IMG/VR virus record: IMGVR_UViG_3300012172_000008
Span: 1 to 40,754 of that record
Reading direction: 5' to 3' (one strand)
DNA length: 40,754 nucleotides
From: a virus
Taxonomy: Duplodnaviria > Caudoviricetes
Part shown: piece by piece, positions 1-8,924 of the stretch
Layout: each line of letters opens with the position of its first letter
How positions within the stretch are numbered: position 1 is the first letter of the stretch
Translations under genes and position numbers: made by a program
The notes under the pieces: model-generated
The model's input: only the letters and a program-made list of their open reading frames with translations
Databases searched by the model: none
What the model was told of the DNA's origin: nothing

Positions 1-123
1 CTCGCCACGGCCTACAACCGCCTCTCCGGGATCACGGCCGCGCAGCGGCAGGCGATGGAGTTCGCCGAGCGGCTCGGCTTCTCGGGCGACCTCGCCGGGC
101 AGGCCGTGTCGGTCTACGAGGGC
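1..123. repeat. Terminal direct repeat, copy 1 (123 bp); probably circular-assembly overlap
   Basis: 1-123 is identical to 40632-40754, and the tape-measure reading frame runs unbroken across the junction. Confidence 0.97.
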
Positions 124-921
124 TGGGAGGCGACGGTCAAGCGGCTGGCGGCCACGTTCAACCAGGCCGCCGAGGCGCGCGCCAAGCTCGAGCAGGACCA
201 CGGCGACGCGATCATCGCCCAGCGGCGGGGCGTGGCCGACAAGTACCTGAGCATGAAGGAGGCCAGCGCGGCCTCCGTCGCCAACATCGGCAAGGCGCCC
301 GACGCCATTGCCCGCGAGTCGGAAATCTCGACCTTCAAGGCCCAGGCTCAGGCGTACTACGGAAACAACGCCGCCGCCATCGAGCGCGACACCGCGGCCT
401 TCACGACCAACTACGACAAGGTCAGCGCGGCCAGCAAGGCGGCGGACGCTGCGGCCAAAGCGGACCAGGATCGGGCCGAGTCGATCTCGACGCTGAGCAA
501 CTCCCTCGGCGCCGGCATGTCCACATTCATCGACAGCCTCGGCAGCGGCGGCGACGCGGTCCGCGCGTTCGCGATGTCGCTGGCGAATTCCCTGGCGCAG
601 AAGGGGATCGACCAGCTCGCCACGAGCGCAGCCACCTCGTTCTTCGCCGCATCGTCCAGCACGCCGGGCGCGCCCGCGCCCAGCTACCAGCACGGCGGCT
701 ACAACCCCGTCACGCAGATGGCTCTGATCCACGCGGGCGAGCGCGTGCTCAACGTCGAGCAGACCAAGGCGTACGACACCGGGCGTGCCGCGCCCACGCA
801 GGGGCGGGCGGGCGGTTCCATCCAGGTCCACCTGCACGGCATCACCGACGCCGGCGGCGTGCGGCGCTCGGCCTATCAGCTCGCGCGGCAGCTCGAGCGC
901 AGCCAGGAGCGCCGCAGTTGA
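1..921 (+). CDS. Tail tape measure protein, 3' part (gene starts at 39513 and crosses the junction; about 679 aa in total)
   Basis: Ala-rich helical protein in frame with the 39513 ORF; C-terminus YQHGG...ALIHAGERVLN typical of TMP ends; lies between the tail chaperone and DUF2460 genes. Confidence 0.9.
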   Translation, partial: LATAYNRLSGITAAQRQAMEFAERLGFSGDLAGQAVSVYEGWEATVKRLAATFNQAAEARAKLEQDHGDAIIAQRRGVADKYLSMKEASAASVANIGKAPDAIARESEISTFKAQAQAYYGNNAAAIERDTAAFTTNYDKVSAASKAADAAAKADQDRAESISTLSNSLGAGMSTFIDSLGSGGDAVRAFAMSLANSLAQKGIDQLATSAATSFFAASSSTPGAPAPSYQHGGYNPVTQMALIHAGERVLNVEQTKAYDTGRAAPTQGRAGGSIQVHLHGITDAGGVRRSAYQLARQLERSQERRS

Positions 922-1895
922 CGCTGCACGACGATCTCTTTCCGACCGACGTCAGCTACGGCAGCGTCGGCGGCCCGGGCTTCTACACCAACCTGATCAC
1001 GACCGACAGCGGCGTGGACGAGGCGGTGGCGCGCTGGTCGCGGCCGCGGCGCAGCTACGACGTCAGCTACGGGATCAAGAACTACACCCAGCTGCAGACG
1101 GTGCGCAACCACTACAACGCGCGCCTGGGCTGCCAGAACACGTTCCCGTACAAGGACCCGCTCGACTTCTCGACGAACACCGCGGCGACCCCGAAGCACT
1201 ACACCAACAGCGCCGCCGTGCCCCCGAGCAACGCCGACGCGCTGCTCGGCGTGGGCGATGGGACGACGACGACCTTCCAGCTGCGCAAGCCCTACGCCAG
1301 CGGCAGCCAGACGGTCTACGCGCCGATCGCCATCGTGAAGACCGGGACCACGGTCGTCTCACTCGACCTGGTCAACCAGGCCAGCGGCTGGTCGGTCAAC
1401 CTGCTCACCGGGCTGATCACCTTCACGAGCCCGCCCGGCGCCGGCGTGGTCGTCCGGGCCGGCTGCGAGTTCTACATCAAGCTGCGCTACGGCAAGGACG
1501 TCGATCGCGTGCTGCCGCTGCGCTGCGACGACTTCTCGACCGGCTCGCTGCCGAGCATCCCGCTGATCGAGGACATCGACGGGAGCACCATCGACGAGGA
1601 CCGCCTGCCGATGGGCGGAGGCCGCAAGGCCTTCAGCGCGAGCATCAGCATCGCGCAGTCGGAGGGCGTGTCCTGGGAGCTCGTGCCGGCCTCGTCCGGG
1701 CTCACGGTGACCGTGGAGGCCGCGGCCGACATGCCGAGCGGCGGGCCGCACTACGCCCTCTACAACGCCGGCGCCGACTCGCTGACGCTCAAGGGCAGCG
1801 CGACGACCATCGGCACGCTCGCCGCGGGCGCCTACGTGCGCCTCGACATCTGGAAGGTCGGCGGCAGCAAGACCTGGAAGGGGATGTACGTGTGA
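918..1895 (+). CDS. GTA-like distal tail protein (DUF2460/TIGR02217 family) with extra C-terminal beta domain
   Basis: FPTDVSYGSVGGPGFYT...DSG...ARWSRPRRSYDV, FPYKDPLDF, GDGTTTTFQL, GLITFTSPP motifs; TTG start overlaps the TMP stop. Confidence 0.88.
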   Translation: MTLHDDLFPTDVSYGSVGGPGFYTNLITTDSGVDEAVARWSRPRRSYDVSYGIKNYTQLQTVRNHYNARLGCQNTFPYKDPLDFSTNTAATPKHYTNSAAVPPSNADALLGVGDGTTTTFQLRKPYASGSQTVYAPIAIVKTGTTVVSLDLVNQASGWSVNLLTGLITFTSPPGAGVVVRAGCEFYIKLRYGKDVDRVLPLRCDDFSTGSLPSIPLIEDIDGSTIDEDRLPMGGGRKAFSASISIAQSEGVSWELVPASSGLTVTVEAAADMPSGGPHYALYNAGADSLTLKGSATTIGTLAAGAYVRLDIWKVGGSKTWKGMYV

Positions 1896-2212
1896 TCACC
1901 AAGGAGCGCTTCTTCGGCGGCACGTACAACAACGAGGCCTTCTCGGGCAACATCAACGTGCACCCGCTGGCCGGCAAGACCTGGCGCCTGGCGGGCACGA
2001 GCACGCCGTCGGTCACGCTGCCCGACGCGCGCACGCTGCGGCCCGATGAGATCGCCGCCATCTGGAACAGCGGCGCGGCGACGATCGCGGTCAAGGACAA
2101 CGCGGGCGGGACCATCGGCACGATCCTCGCCGGGGCGGTCGCGCTGCTCTACCTCTTCGACACCTCGACCCAGGCCGGCGGCTGGCGCCTGCTCGCGCGG
2201 AGCTTCCTCTGA
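1892..2212 (+). CDS. Small tail-tip protein (106 aa), paralogue of the DUF2460 C-terminal extension
   Basis: GTG start in GTGA overlap; MITKERFFGG...; the longer 785-2212 ORF is an upstream shadow extension. Confidence 0.75.
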   Translation: MITKERFFGGTYNNEAFSGNINVHPLAGKTWRLAGTSTPSVTLPDARTLRPDEIAAIWNSGAATIAVKDNAGGTIGTILAGAVALLYLFDTSTQAGGWRLLARSFL

Positions 2213-3213
2213 TGCCCATGCCGGTTGTGTGGTGCGACGGCTTCGACTCGACGGACTCCACGCACGAGTCGACGTGGTACACGGCGGCAGACTTCAACGT
2301 CGGCACGCCTGGGCGCCTCGGCGTCGGGCAGTACGCCACGGTCGGGACCTCGGCCTTCAAGACGATCCCGGGCGGACCGTACACGTACATGGGTGCTGCG
2401 CGCGCCGTTCGCTGGGGCACGATTGCAGGAGAACCGATCCTGTTCGAGTTCGGTGGCACCTTTCAGCATTGCCGCATGCTGCGCAACGCGTCCGGCTTCG
2501 TCTTCATGAAGGACGCCAACAACGCCACCATCCAGACCTACCTCGGTGCTGCCCTGCAGGCGAGCATCTGGTATCACGTCGCCTTCTACGCCAAGTGGGA
2601 CGGCGCCGGCAACGGCCAGCTGCGCGGCTTCCTGAATGGCAACCTCGTGCTGTCGATGGACGGCGTCGACACACACAGCGCCGCGCCGAACGAGTTCTCG
2701 TACTTCCTTATTGGCGGCGGTGACGTCGATGACCTGTATGTCCAGGCCGCCGACTCGATCGTCGGCAACCTCGAGGACCAGTTCAAAGGCGATCGGATCG
2801 TGCGCGACCACTTCCCGCAGAGCGACGGCGACCACCAGCAGTGGGCGCAGAGCACGGGCGGCACGAAGTTCGGTGTGGTCGATGAAGTCGGCCCGAATGA
2901 CGACACGGACTACCTGTCCGACGCCACGCCAGGCAACCGGGTGTGCTTCGGTGTGGGCTCGCTGGCCCCGGAAATCTCGTCGATCGATGCCGTGCAGCTC
3001 ATGTCGGTCGGCCGCTTCGACACGACCGGCCCGCACGCGATCAAGAACTACGTGCGCGAGGTCGGCGTCGCCAACCACGACCAGGCCAACCAGGCGCTCA
3101 CGGTCACCCATGCCGGCTACCACGACGTGCTCGAGGTGGACCCTGTGACCGGCAGCGGGTGGAGCAAGCCGGGCTTCGAGGCGCGCCAGTACGGCGTGAA
3201 GGACGAGAGCTGA
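2212..3213 (+). CDS. Tail-associated protein with LamG/concanavalin-A-like beta-sandwich (candidate receptor binding)
   Basis: CDGFD N-terminus, WYHVAFYAKWDG...GFLNGNLVL...DDLYV pattern; tail-tip context. Confidence 0.6.
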   Translation: MPMPVVWCDGFDSTDSTHESTWYTAADFNVGTPGRLGVGQYATVGTSAFKTIPGGPYTYMGAARAVRWGTIAGEPILFEFGGTFQHCRMLRNASGFVFMKDANNATIQTYLGAALQASIWYHVAFYAKWDGAGNGQLRGFLNGNLVLSMDGVDTHSAAPNEFSYFLIGGGDVDDLYVQAADSIVGNLEDQFKGDRIVRDHFPQSDGDHQQWAQSTGGTKFGVVDEVGPNDDTDYLSDATPGNRVCFGVGSLAPEISSIDAVQLMSVGRFDTTGPHAIKNYVREVGVANHDQANQALTVTHAGYHDVLEVDPVTGSGWSKPGFEARQYGVKDES

Positions 3214-3216
3214 GCG

Positions 3217-6200
3217 ATGGCCGCCGGCGACCGTCGCGTCACGCAGGTCGTCACCCGCGTGCTGGGGGCCACCCCTTCGGTCGAGCGGATCACGCAGTAC
3301 GTCGTGCGCGTGCTGGGCACCTACAACCCCTGCACCGACGTGGCCTGCCCGGAGTGGGTGGCCGAGACCCTGGAGCGGCGCGGGCACCGCAACGCGCGGC
3401 TGTGGGAGATCGAGCGCAGCGACGGCGACACGCTCTACCTCACCGACCACTGCGGGGCGCTCGAGTACGAGGGCAACGACTACACGCCGGTCGGCGGCCC
3501 CGCGGCTTCAGCCGCCGAGCACGAGTCGGGCGAGAAGGAGCACACCCGCGAGCTGACGGGCGCGATCGTGCTGGGCGGCTTCGAGATCTCCGAGCTGGAG
3601 GCCAACCTCTGGGACGACGCCGCGGTCATCGAGCGCGTCGTGGACTGGCGCTACCCCTGGGCGGGCTGCAAGAAGCACGGCCGCTGGTACCTGCGCAACA
3701 TCCAATGGGACGGCGAGCGCTGGACGGCGCAGCTCGCCGGGATCACCAGCCGCTTCCAGCGACCGCGCGGCGACTTCTACAGCCACGACTGCACGCGCGA
3801 CCTGGGCGACGAGTTCGGGACGACGAACCCAGGCTGCAAGTTCGATGTCGCGGCCACGAGCGAGACCGGCACCGTCTCGGCCGTGATCGTCGGGCAGCGC
3901 CGCTTCCGCGCGACGGGGCTCACGCCTGCGCACATCGCCGAGTACTTCGTCAACGGCACGCTGACCTGGGCCGCCGGCGCCAACGTCGGGAAGACCGCGG
4001 TCGTGAAGGAGGCGACCGAGGGGGCGGGGTACTACGAGATCGAGCTGGAGCTGTCCGAGAGCGAGGCGATCCAGATCGGCGACACGTTCGACCTGGTGCA
4101 GGGCTGCCAGAAGCGCTTCATCGAGGACTGCCAGCCCAAGGCCATGGCCACGCACTTCGGCGGCGACCCCTACATGCCCAACGACCTGGGCCTGTCGCTG
4201 CAGATCGGCGCGCCCGAATCGCCCAAGGGCACGTGGACCACGGTCCTGGGGCTGACCGGCGCTGTCATTGGCCTCTTCACACCCCTCGGCCCGCTGATCG
4301 GCGCGGCCATCGGCACCTTCCTCGGCGCCATGATCGACGGCAACAACCTCGACGCCCCCACGGTCGAGGAGATCAAGCAGCAGGGCAGCTCCGAGGGCGA
4401 CCCGATGCAGCGGTTCATCGGACGCGAGCCGCGCCTGGCCGGCCAGATCATGTGGCGCGGCCCCTTCGACAGCTTCACCAACGAGCACAAGGGCGAGACG
4501 CACGCCTGGCTGCCGCTCGCGGTGTCCTTCGGGCACTCGTTCAAGGGCACGGCCAGCAAGAAGCTGGTCAAGCTCTTCGCCAACGACAAGCTGATCTACG
4601 AGGACCGCGACGAGCTCTCGCTCACGGGCACCGACATCTCGGCCGACGCCGTGTCGAAGACGGACTTCGACCCGGCCACCGGCACCACGGTGACGACGCA
4701 GACCTACCTCGACCTGATCAGCATCTCGACGGACCTGTCCGGGATCAGTGCCGGCGGGCTGCTCACGGTGGGCGGCTACAGCGGCGGCGGCGCGGTGAAC
4801 AACGGCACCTGGATGGTCGTCTCGACGAGTCAGAACAAGGTGCGCTGCAGGGACATGAACATCGCGACCTACGCCTTCGCCGATGCGGCCGCGGGCCCGA
4901 CGGTGTCGCTGTTCCAGGCGGCCAAGCAGTACAGCTTCTACCCGCTCACCGACTTCACCGTGTACCTCGGCTCGGCCGACCAGCAGCCCGACCCGACGAT
5001 GGAGGCCCTCGAGGGCTCGGGCAACGTGCCCGGCTACACCGGGCGCTTCTACATCGTCTACAGCAGGTTCGGCGTCGACTGGTGGGGCTACGCGGTGCCG
5101 CGGTTCGAGGCGATCATCCGCGAGCGCGACAGCGCCGACCTGGCCGAGGTGCTCAAGGACCTCGCCGTCGGCCACGGGATCGACCAGTGCGAGATCGACA
5201 CCGGCGACGCGGTGGGGCTGTTCCGCGGCTACGCGGCGCGCGGCCCGAAGAGCCTGGCCGGGCTGCTGTCACCGATCCTGATGGCCTACAACCTCGTCAC
5301 CCAGGAGCGGGACCTGAAGCTGCGGATCTTCCCGCGGCTCGCGGCCGACGTGAAGACCATCGACGAGGTGGACCTCGGCGCGAAGGAGGACCAGCCCTTC
5401 GACGCGACGGTGTCCTTCCTAGTGGACCGCGAGGACAGCAAGCGCCTGCCCGCCCAGGTCAGCCTGACCTTCCTCAACGTCGACACCAGCGGCGAGAACG
5501 GATCGGCGACGCATCGGCGCTCGGGGCTGCCGCTCGAGAACGTGATCGCGCTGTCGCTGCCCCTGGTGCTCGACTCCGAGCAGGCCAAGAAGATCGCCAA
5601 GCGGATCCTGTGGAGCGAGGCCGTGACCTCCGAGCGGCACGAGCTCCCGCTGCCGCCGAGCCGGCTGCTCACCTACGAGTCCGACGTGCTGCAGACCACG
5701 CACAAGGGCCGCTCGCGCGCCACGATGGTCACGCGCGCGGTCGAGGGCAACAACTACGTGATGGAGGTCTTCGGGCAGAAGCACGACCCGTACATCTACA
5801 CGAACGAGAGCGGGACGGCGGGGGAGGTCTTCCCGCCGAATCTGCTGCCCGTCGAGCAGGGCCATCCGCAGATGCGCCTGGCCGACATCGGGCCGCTCGC
5901 CGACGACGATGCGCTCGTCACGCTGCTCTACTACGGCGTCGTCCGCGAGGGCCTGCAGTACACCTGGAACGGCGTGACGGTGCACGAGAGCAGCAACGGC
6001 GGGGCGAGCTACAACGAGCTGGCGGACGTGACCGGCGAGAGCCAGGCGGGCGTCACCGCGGCCGCGCTGGGCAGCGGGCCGGTCGGCTGGTGGGACGATG
6101 CGAACACGCTCACCGTCGACTTCACCGGCGGGCAGATCCCGACGAGCCTGACCGACGAGGAGCTGCTCAACGGCGTGGGCAACTGGTACTACGTGAACGG

Positions 6201-6861
6201 CGAGATCGTCGGCGTGCGCACCTGGGCGCTCGTCTCGGCCGAGCTGAACCGCTGGGCGGGCACGCGGCTGCTGCGGGGCCTGATGGACACCGCCGACCGC
6301 GTGGCCGGGCACGGCGCCGCAGAGACGGTCGCGCGCGTGCGACCGGTCGGGGCGCTGGCGCGCCGCATCTACGCCGAGGCGCTGATCGGGCAGAGCCGGC
6401 TCTACAAGGCCGCGCCCTTCCTGGCCAACCCGACCGACTACCCCTCCAGCTCGGCGACGCTGCACGGCAACACCAAGCGCCCCTTCTCGCCGAGCCAGGC
6501 CACCGGCACGCGGCACACGCCGGCGACGAATGACTGGACCGTGGCCTTCATCCCGTGCACGCGGCTGCCGCTCACGGCGATCTTCGGACCGACCGTGCCG
6601 AGCCTGGCCGAGACGACCGAGGCCTACGAGGTCGAGGTCTACGAGGCCACCTTCACGACCCTCAAGCGCGCGATCACCGGCACGGCCTCGGCCAACGGCT
6701 CGGTGGTCACGACAGCCACGCCGCTGCTGCCCTCGGTGAAGTACGACGAGCAGGACCAGGTCGCCGACTTCGGCAGCGCGCAGGCCACGATCTACCTCCG
6801 CATCCGCCAGGTCGGCTCGACCGGCCTGAAGTCCAAGCCCTACCAGGTGACGATCTCATGA
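3217..6861 (+). CDS. Fused baseplate hub (DUF2163/BR0599-like) + megatron/central-fibre-like tail tip protein, 1214 aa
   Basis: N-part: WEIERSDG...LTDH, CTRDLGD..GC and GCQK...C...GGDPYMP. After about aa 340: hydrophobic GAVIG...IGTFLGAMID, then QGSSEG, PGYTGRFYIV, YYVNGEIV, RLLRGLMDT and IRQVG megatron-like motifs. Confidence 0.85.
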   Translation: MAAGDRRVTQVVTRVLGATPSVERITQYVVRVLGTYNPCTDVACPEWVAETLERRGHRNARLWEIERSDGDTLYLTDHCGALEYEGNDYTPVGGPAASAAEHESGEKEHTRELTGAIVLGGFEISELEANLWDDAAVIERVVDWRYPWAGCKKHGRWYLRNIQWDGERWTAQLAGITSRFQRPRGDFYSHDCTRDLGDEFGTTNPGCKFDVAATSETGTVSAVIVGQRRFRATGLTPAHIAEYFVNGTLTWAAGANVGKTAVVKEATEGAGYYEIELELSESEAIQIGDTFDLVQGCQKRFIEDCQPKAMATHFGGDPYMPNDLGLSLQIGAPESPKGTWTTVLGLTGAVIGLFTPLGPLIGAAIGTFLGAMIDGNNLDAPTVEEIKQQGSSEGDPMQRFIGREPRLAGQIMWRGPFDSFTNEHKGETHAWLPLAVSFGHSFKGTASKKLVKLFANDKLIYEDRDELSLTGTDISADAVSKTDFDPATGTTVTTQTYLDLISISTDLSGISAGGLLTVGGYSGGGAVNNGTWMVVSTSQNKVRCRDMNIATYAFADAAAGPTVSLFQAAKQYSFYPLTDFTVYLGSADQQPDPTMEALEGSGNVPGYTGRFYIVYSRFGVDWWGYAVPRFEAIIRERDSADLAEVLKDLAVGHGIDQCEIDTGDAVGLFRGYAARGPKSLAGLLSPILMAYNLVTQERDLKLRIFPRLAADVKTIDEVDLGAKEDQPFDATVSFLVDREDSKRLPAQVSLTFLNVDTSGENGSATHRRSGLPLENVIALSLPLVLDSEQAKKIAKRILWSEAVTSERHELPLPPSRLLTYESDVLQTTHKGRSRATMVTRAVEGNNYVMEVFGQKHDPYIYTNESGTAGEVFPPNLLPVEQGHPQMRLADIGPLADDDALVTLLYYGVVREGLQYTWNGVTVHESSNGGASYNELADVTGESQAGVTAAALGSGPVGWWDDANTLTVDFTGGQIPTSLTDEELLNGVGNWYYVNGEIVGVRTWALVSAELNRWAGTRLLRGLMDTADRVAGHGAAETVARVRPVGALARRIYAEALIGQSRLYKAAPFLANPTDYPSSSATLHGNTKRPFSPSQATGTRHTPATNDWTVAFIPCTRLPLTAIFGPTVPSLAETTEAYEVEVYEATFTTLKRAITGTASANGSVVTTATPLLPSVKYDEQDQVADFGSAQATIYLRIRQVGSTGLKSKPYQVTIS

Positions 6862-7496
6862 CCACGGAACTGCAGACGGGCGCCACGCACCTCTCGAGCC
6901 AGCAGGTCGCCAACGCGCACGTGCTCGTCAACGACCTGCTCAACCGCCTGGGCGCGCTGGCGCGCCTGGCCGTGGTCAACCGCACGACGACGGCGCCGCC
7001 GGCGCTCACGACGAGCTACGACCGCTACATCATCGCGACGGGCGGGACGGGGGCCTGGGCGACGCACGACGGCAAGGTCGCGGTCGACGTCGGCAGCTGG
7101 CTGATCCTCACGCCGCGCGAGGGCTGGACGGCCTGGATCGCGGCCGAGGACTGCATCGTGGTCCACAACGGCACGACCTGGGTGCGCGATAACGTGAGTG
7201 CGGCGATCACCGCCAGCACCACGCAGACCCAGGGCGCGGCCACGCAGCTCGTCAACGGGGTGAACCGGATCACGGTCTGCGCCAACGCCAACGACGCGGT
7301 GAAGCTGCCGGCGGCCGAGGCGGGGGCCCGGGTCACGGTCATCAACCGGGGCGCTCAGACGCTGCAGATCTTCCCGGCGAGCGGCGACAAGATCGACGGC
7401 GGCGCGGCGGACGCGAGCACCACGCTCGCGACCACGAAGGTGGCCATGTTCGCGTCGATCGACGGGACCGACTGGTACAAGCAGACCGGCGCCTAG
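6858..7496 (+). CDS. DUF2793-family tail fibre/virion protein (212 aa)
   Basis: HVLVNDLLNRL...TAPPA...DRYIIA.GGTGAWATHDGKVA...W...PREGW motif; ATGA overlap at 6858. Confidence 0.85.
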   Translation: MTTELQTGATHLSSQQVANAHVLVNDLLNRLGALARLAVVNRTTTAPPALTTSYDRYIIATGGTGAWATHDGKVAVDVGSWLILTPREGWTAWIAAEDCIVVHNGTTWVRDNVSAAITASTTQTQGAATQLVNGVNRITVCANANDAVKLPAAEAGARVTVINRGAQTLQIFPASGDKIDGGAADASTTLATTKVAMFASIDGTDWYKQTGA

Positions 7497-7831
7497 CCCT
7501 CGGTCGGCGGCTCGCCCTCGAGCAGCTCGAGCCGCGATGGCACGTGCCCGTTCTGTGGGGCGACGCGGGCGGCCAGGCGCGCGCGGTGCGACTCCAGCGT
7601 CTGTGCTCGCAGGTCGAGCATGATGTCGGCGACGTTCCAGCTGCGTCGGCAGGCCCACGCGATGCCGTTGGGGTTCAGGTCGGCCGGGCCCGGGGCGGTC
7701 TGGCCGTCGGGGCCGGCGATGGCCGGCTGCTGGACCTGCAGCGTCATCGGGATCAGCGCCTGCAGCACCTGGCCAGCCAGGTAGTCGCGCAGCGGCACGC
7801 CGGGGTGGACCTTCTCATCCTGCTGGGCCAC
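7493..7831 (-). CDS. Phage hypothetical protein (GxxLRDY(F/L)A family)
   Basis: GVPLRDYLAGQVLQAL...ADIML motif; GTG at 7831 preceded by GGGAG; the ORF could extend to 7927. Confidence 0.65.
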   Translation of the reverse strand: MAQQDEKVHPGVPLRDYLAGQVLQALIPMTLQVQQPAIAGPDGQTAPGPADLNPNGIAWACRRSWNVADIMLDLRAQTLESHRARLAARVAPQNGHVPSRLELLEGEPPTEG

Positions 7832-8189
7832 GAGCTCGTCTCCCAGGGCGACGGCTCCCGGCGTCGTCCTGGGCGGCCACGATGCCCCAGGCGGCCCGGT
7901 GTTTCCAGAGCGCGGCCATGGGCCCACAGAGCGCGTGGATCGGCGTGGGCGCGTCTGGGGCGTGGTCGTAGGGCACGCGGTCGAAGACCAGCCGGCGGCC
8001 TCTGGCGCGCCTGTAGGGGACGCAGGCGCCCAGGTCGAGGCTGTCGATGCGCTCCTGGGTGGCGCGGTCGGCTGCCGGCATGGCCTGGTGCGCGGCGCAG
8101 ATCAGCGACGGCGGCCGCAGCCAGTCGAGCAGCGCCCCGTCGAGCGGCCCGCCGCGCAGGACGACGAGGGAGACGAGGGGTGCGCTCAC
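7815..8189 (-). CDS. Hypothetical protein (LRGGPLDG motif), 124 aa
   Basis: GTG start overlaps the upstream TGA (GTGA); GGPxDG motif common in small phage proteins. Confidence 0.55.
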   Translation of the reverse strand: MSAPLVSLVVLRGGPLDGALLDWLRPPSLICAAHQAMPAADRATQERIDSLDLGACVPYRRARGRRLVFDRVPYDHAPDAPTPIHALCGPMAALWKHRAAWGIVAAQDDAGSRRPGRRARGPAG

Positions 8190-8362
8190 GGCTCTCTCGC
8201 CGCCTCCGCGTGCCGCGCAGCCGCCCACGTGATCACGCGACCGTACACCAGGTGCGCGGCCACCGTCGCCGCGTAGGACGTCAGCGCCAGCAGCACCAGC
8301 GAGACGGCGATCTCGCGGGCCGTGGCGGGCAGGAACAGGCGGTAGAGCAGCGGGCGGGCCAT
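8186..8362 (-). CDS. Small membrane protein (58 aa)
   Basis: MARPLLYRLF..., hydrophobic IAVSLVLLALTSYAATVAAHLVY; first gene of the leftward unit. Confidence 0.5.
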   Translation of the reverse strand: MARPLLYRLFLPATAREIAVSLVLLALTSYAATVAAHLVYGRVITWAAARHAEAAREP

Positions 8363-8411
8363 GGCGGCGGGAGCATACAGCCGCCGCAAACAACTGTCCT
8401 GGCGCTGGTTG

Positions 8412-8477
8412 CGGTCCGGACAGATTTGCCCTTGACTTGCTTGCATTCTCGCCCGATATTGTTGCCCGGACAGCAAT
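8412..8477. promoter_or_regulatory. Two imperfect palindromic operator-like sites (consensus CTGTCCGGACAG)
   Basis: CGGTCCGGACAG 8412-8423 (11/12) and TTGCCCGGACAG 8462-8473 (10/12, inside the 20-bp imperfect palindrome 8458-8477); extra half-site CTGTCC at 8394. Confidence 0.5.
8432..8460 (+). promoter_or_regulatory. Putative sigma70 early promoter
   Basis: TTGACT-17 bp-GATATT in the AT-richer divergent intergenic region upstream of the HTH gene. Confidence 0.6.
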
Positions 8478-8505
8478 GCACTCGATCAGGAGCAGAAAGG
8501 CATGC

Positions 8506-8778
8506 ATGGAACGGACGACGGAAACGCACTACCCTTCCGGAGTGGCGGGCCGCAAGCGACACGAGCCGGGCGAGTTCCCGGCGAACCTGAAGGCGCTGCG
8601 AGAGCAGCTCGGGCTGACGCAGTTCGAGGCGGCCGTGCTGCTCAACATGCAGCCACGCACCGTGGGGCGCTACGAGGCAGGGGATTCGGTTCCGCACCCG
8701 GCCCAGCAGGCCGGCATGCTGTCGATCCTCCGCGCCGAGCTGAAGAAGCGCGCCCGCCGGAAGCCCTCCGCGGGCTGA
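8506..8778 (+). CDS. XRE-family helix-turn-helix regulator (Cro-like, 90 aa)
   Basis: LKALREQLGLTQFEAAVLLNMQPRTVGRYEAG..P; AGGAG/GAAAGG upstream. Confidence 0.88.
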   Translation: MERTTETHYPSGVAGRKRHEPGEFPANLKALREQLGLTQFEAAVLLNMQPRTVGRYEAGDSVPHPAQQAGMLSILRAELKKRARRKPSAG

Positions 8779-8847
8779 CGCTCCCGCCCCTCGGGGCGGC
8801 GCTGGCGTGGGTGCTGACCGGCCAGCTGCCGGCCGAGCGGCGGGCTC

Positions 8848-8877
8848 TTGATTCCGCCGCCGCGCCCGCGGTAGGGT
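8848..8877 (+). promoter_or_regulatory. Possible second early promoter
   Basis: TTGATT-18 bp-TAGGGT in the intergenic gap before the HNH-like gene. Confidence 0.3.
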
Positions 8878-8924
8878 CCGGGCCAGCAACGCGATCGCCC
8901 GCTCTCCTTGGCAAGGGGGAGCGA

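Noticed and set aside
1-123. Biological terminal repeat of the packaged DNA
   Set aside because: Falls mid-TMP, far from terS; better explained as assembler overlap of a circular contig
2943-6533. 1196-aa ORF and the many other long Arg/Pro/Gly-rich alternative-frame or antisense ORFs (e.g. 11010-12605 extension, 19399-21645, 26112-27866)
   Set aside because: Shadow frames of GC3-biased real genes; no motifs, RBS or coupling
918-7496. Gene transfer agent rather than phage
   Set aside because: The GTA-like tail tip comes with its own replication, recombination and packaging genes on a circular 40.6-kb unit without host genes
7493-7496. Bidirectional terminator at the convergent gene ends
   Set aside because: The two TAG stops overlap in CTAG with no intergenic space and no hairpin plus U-tract
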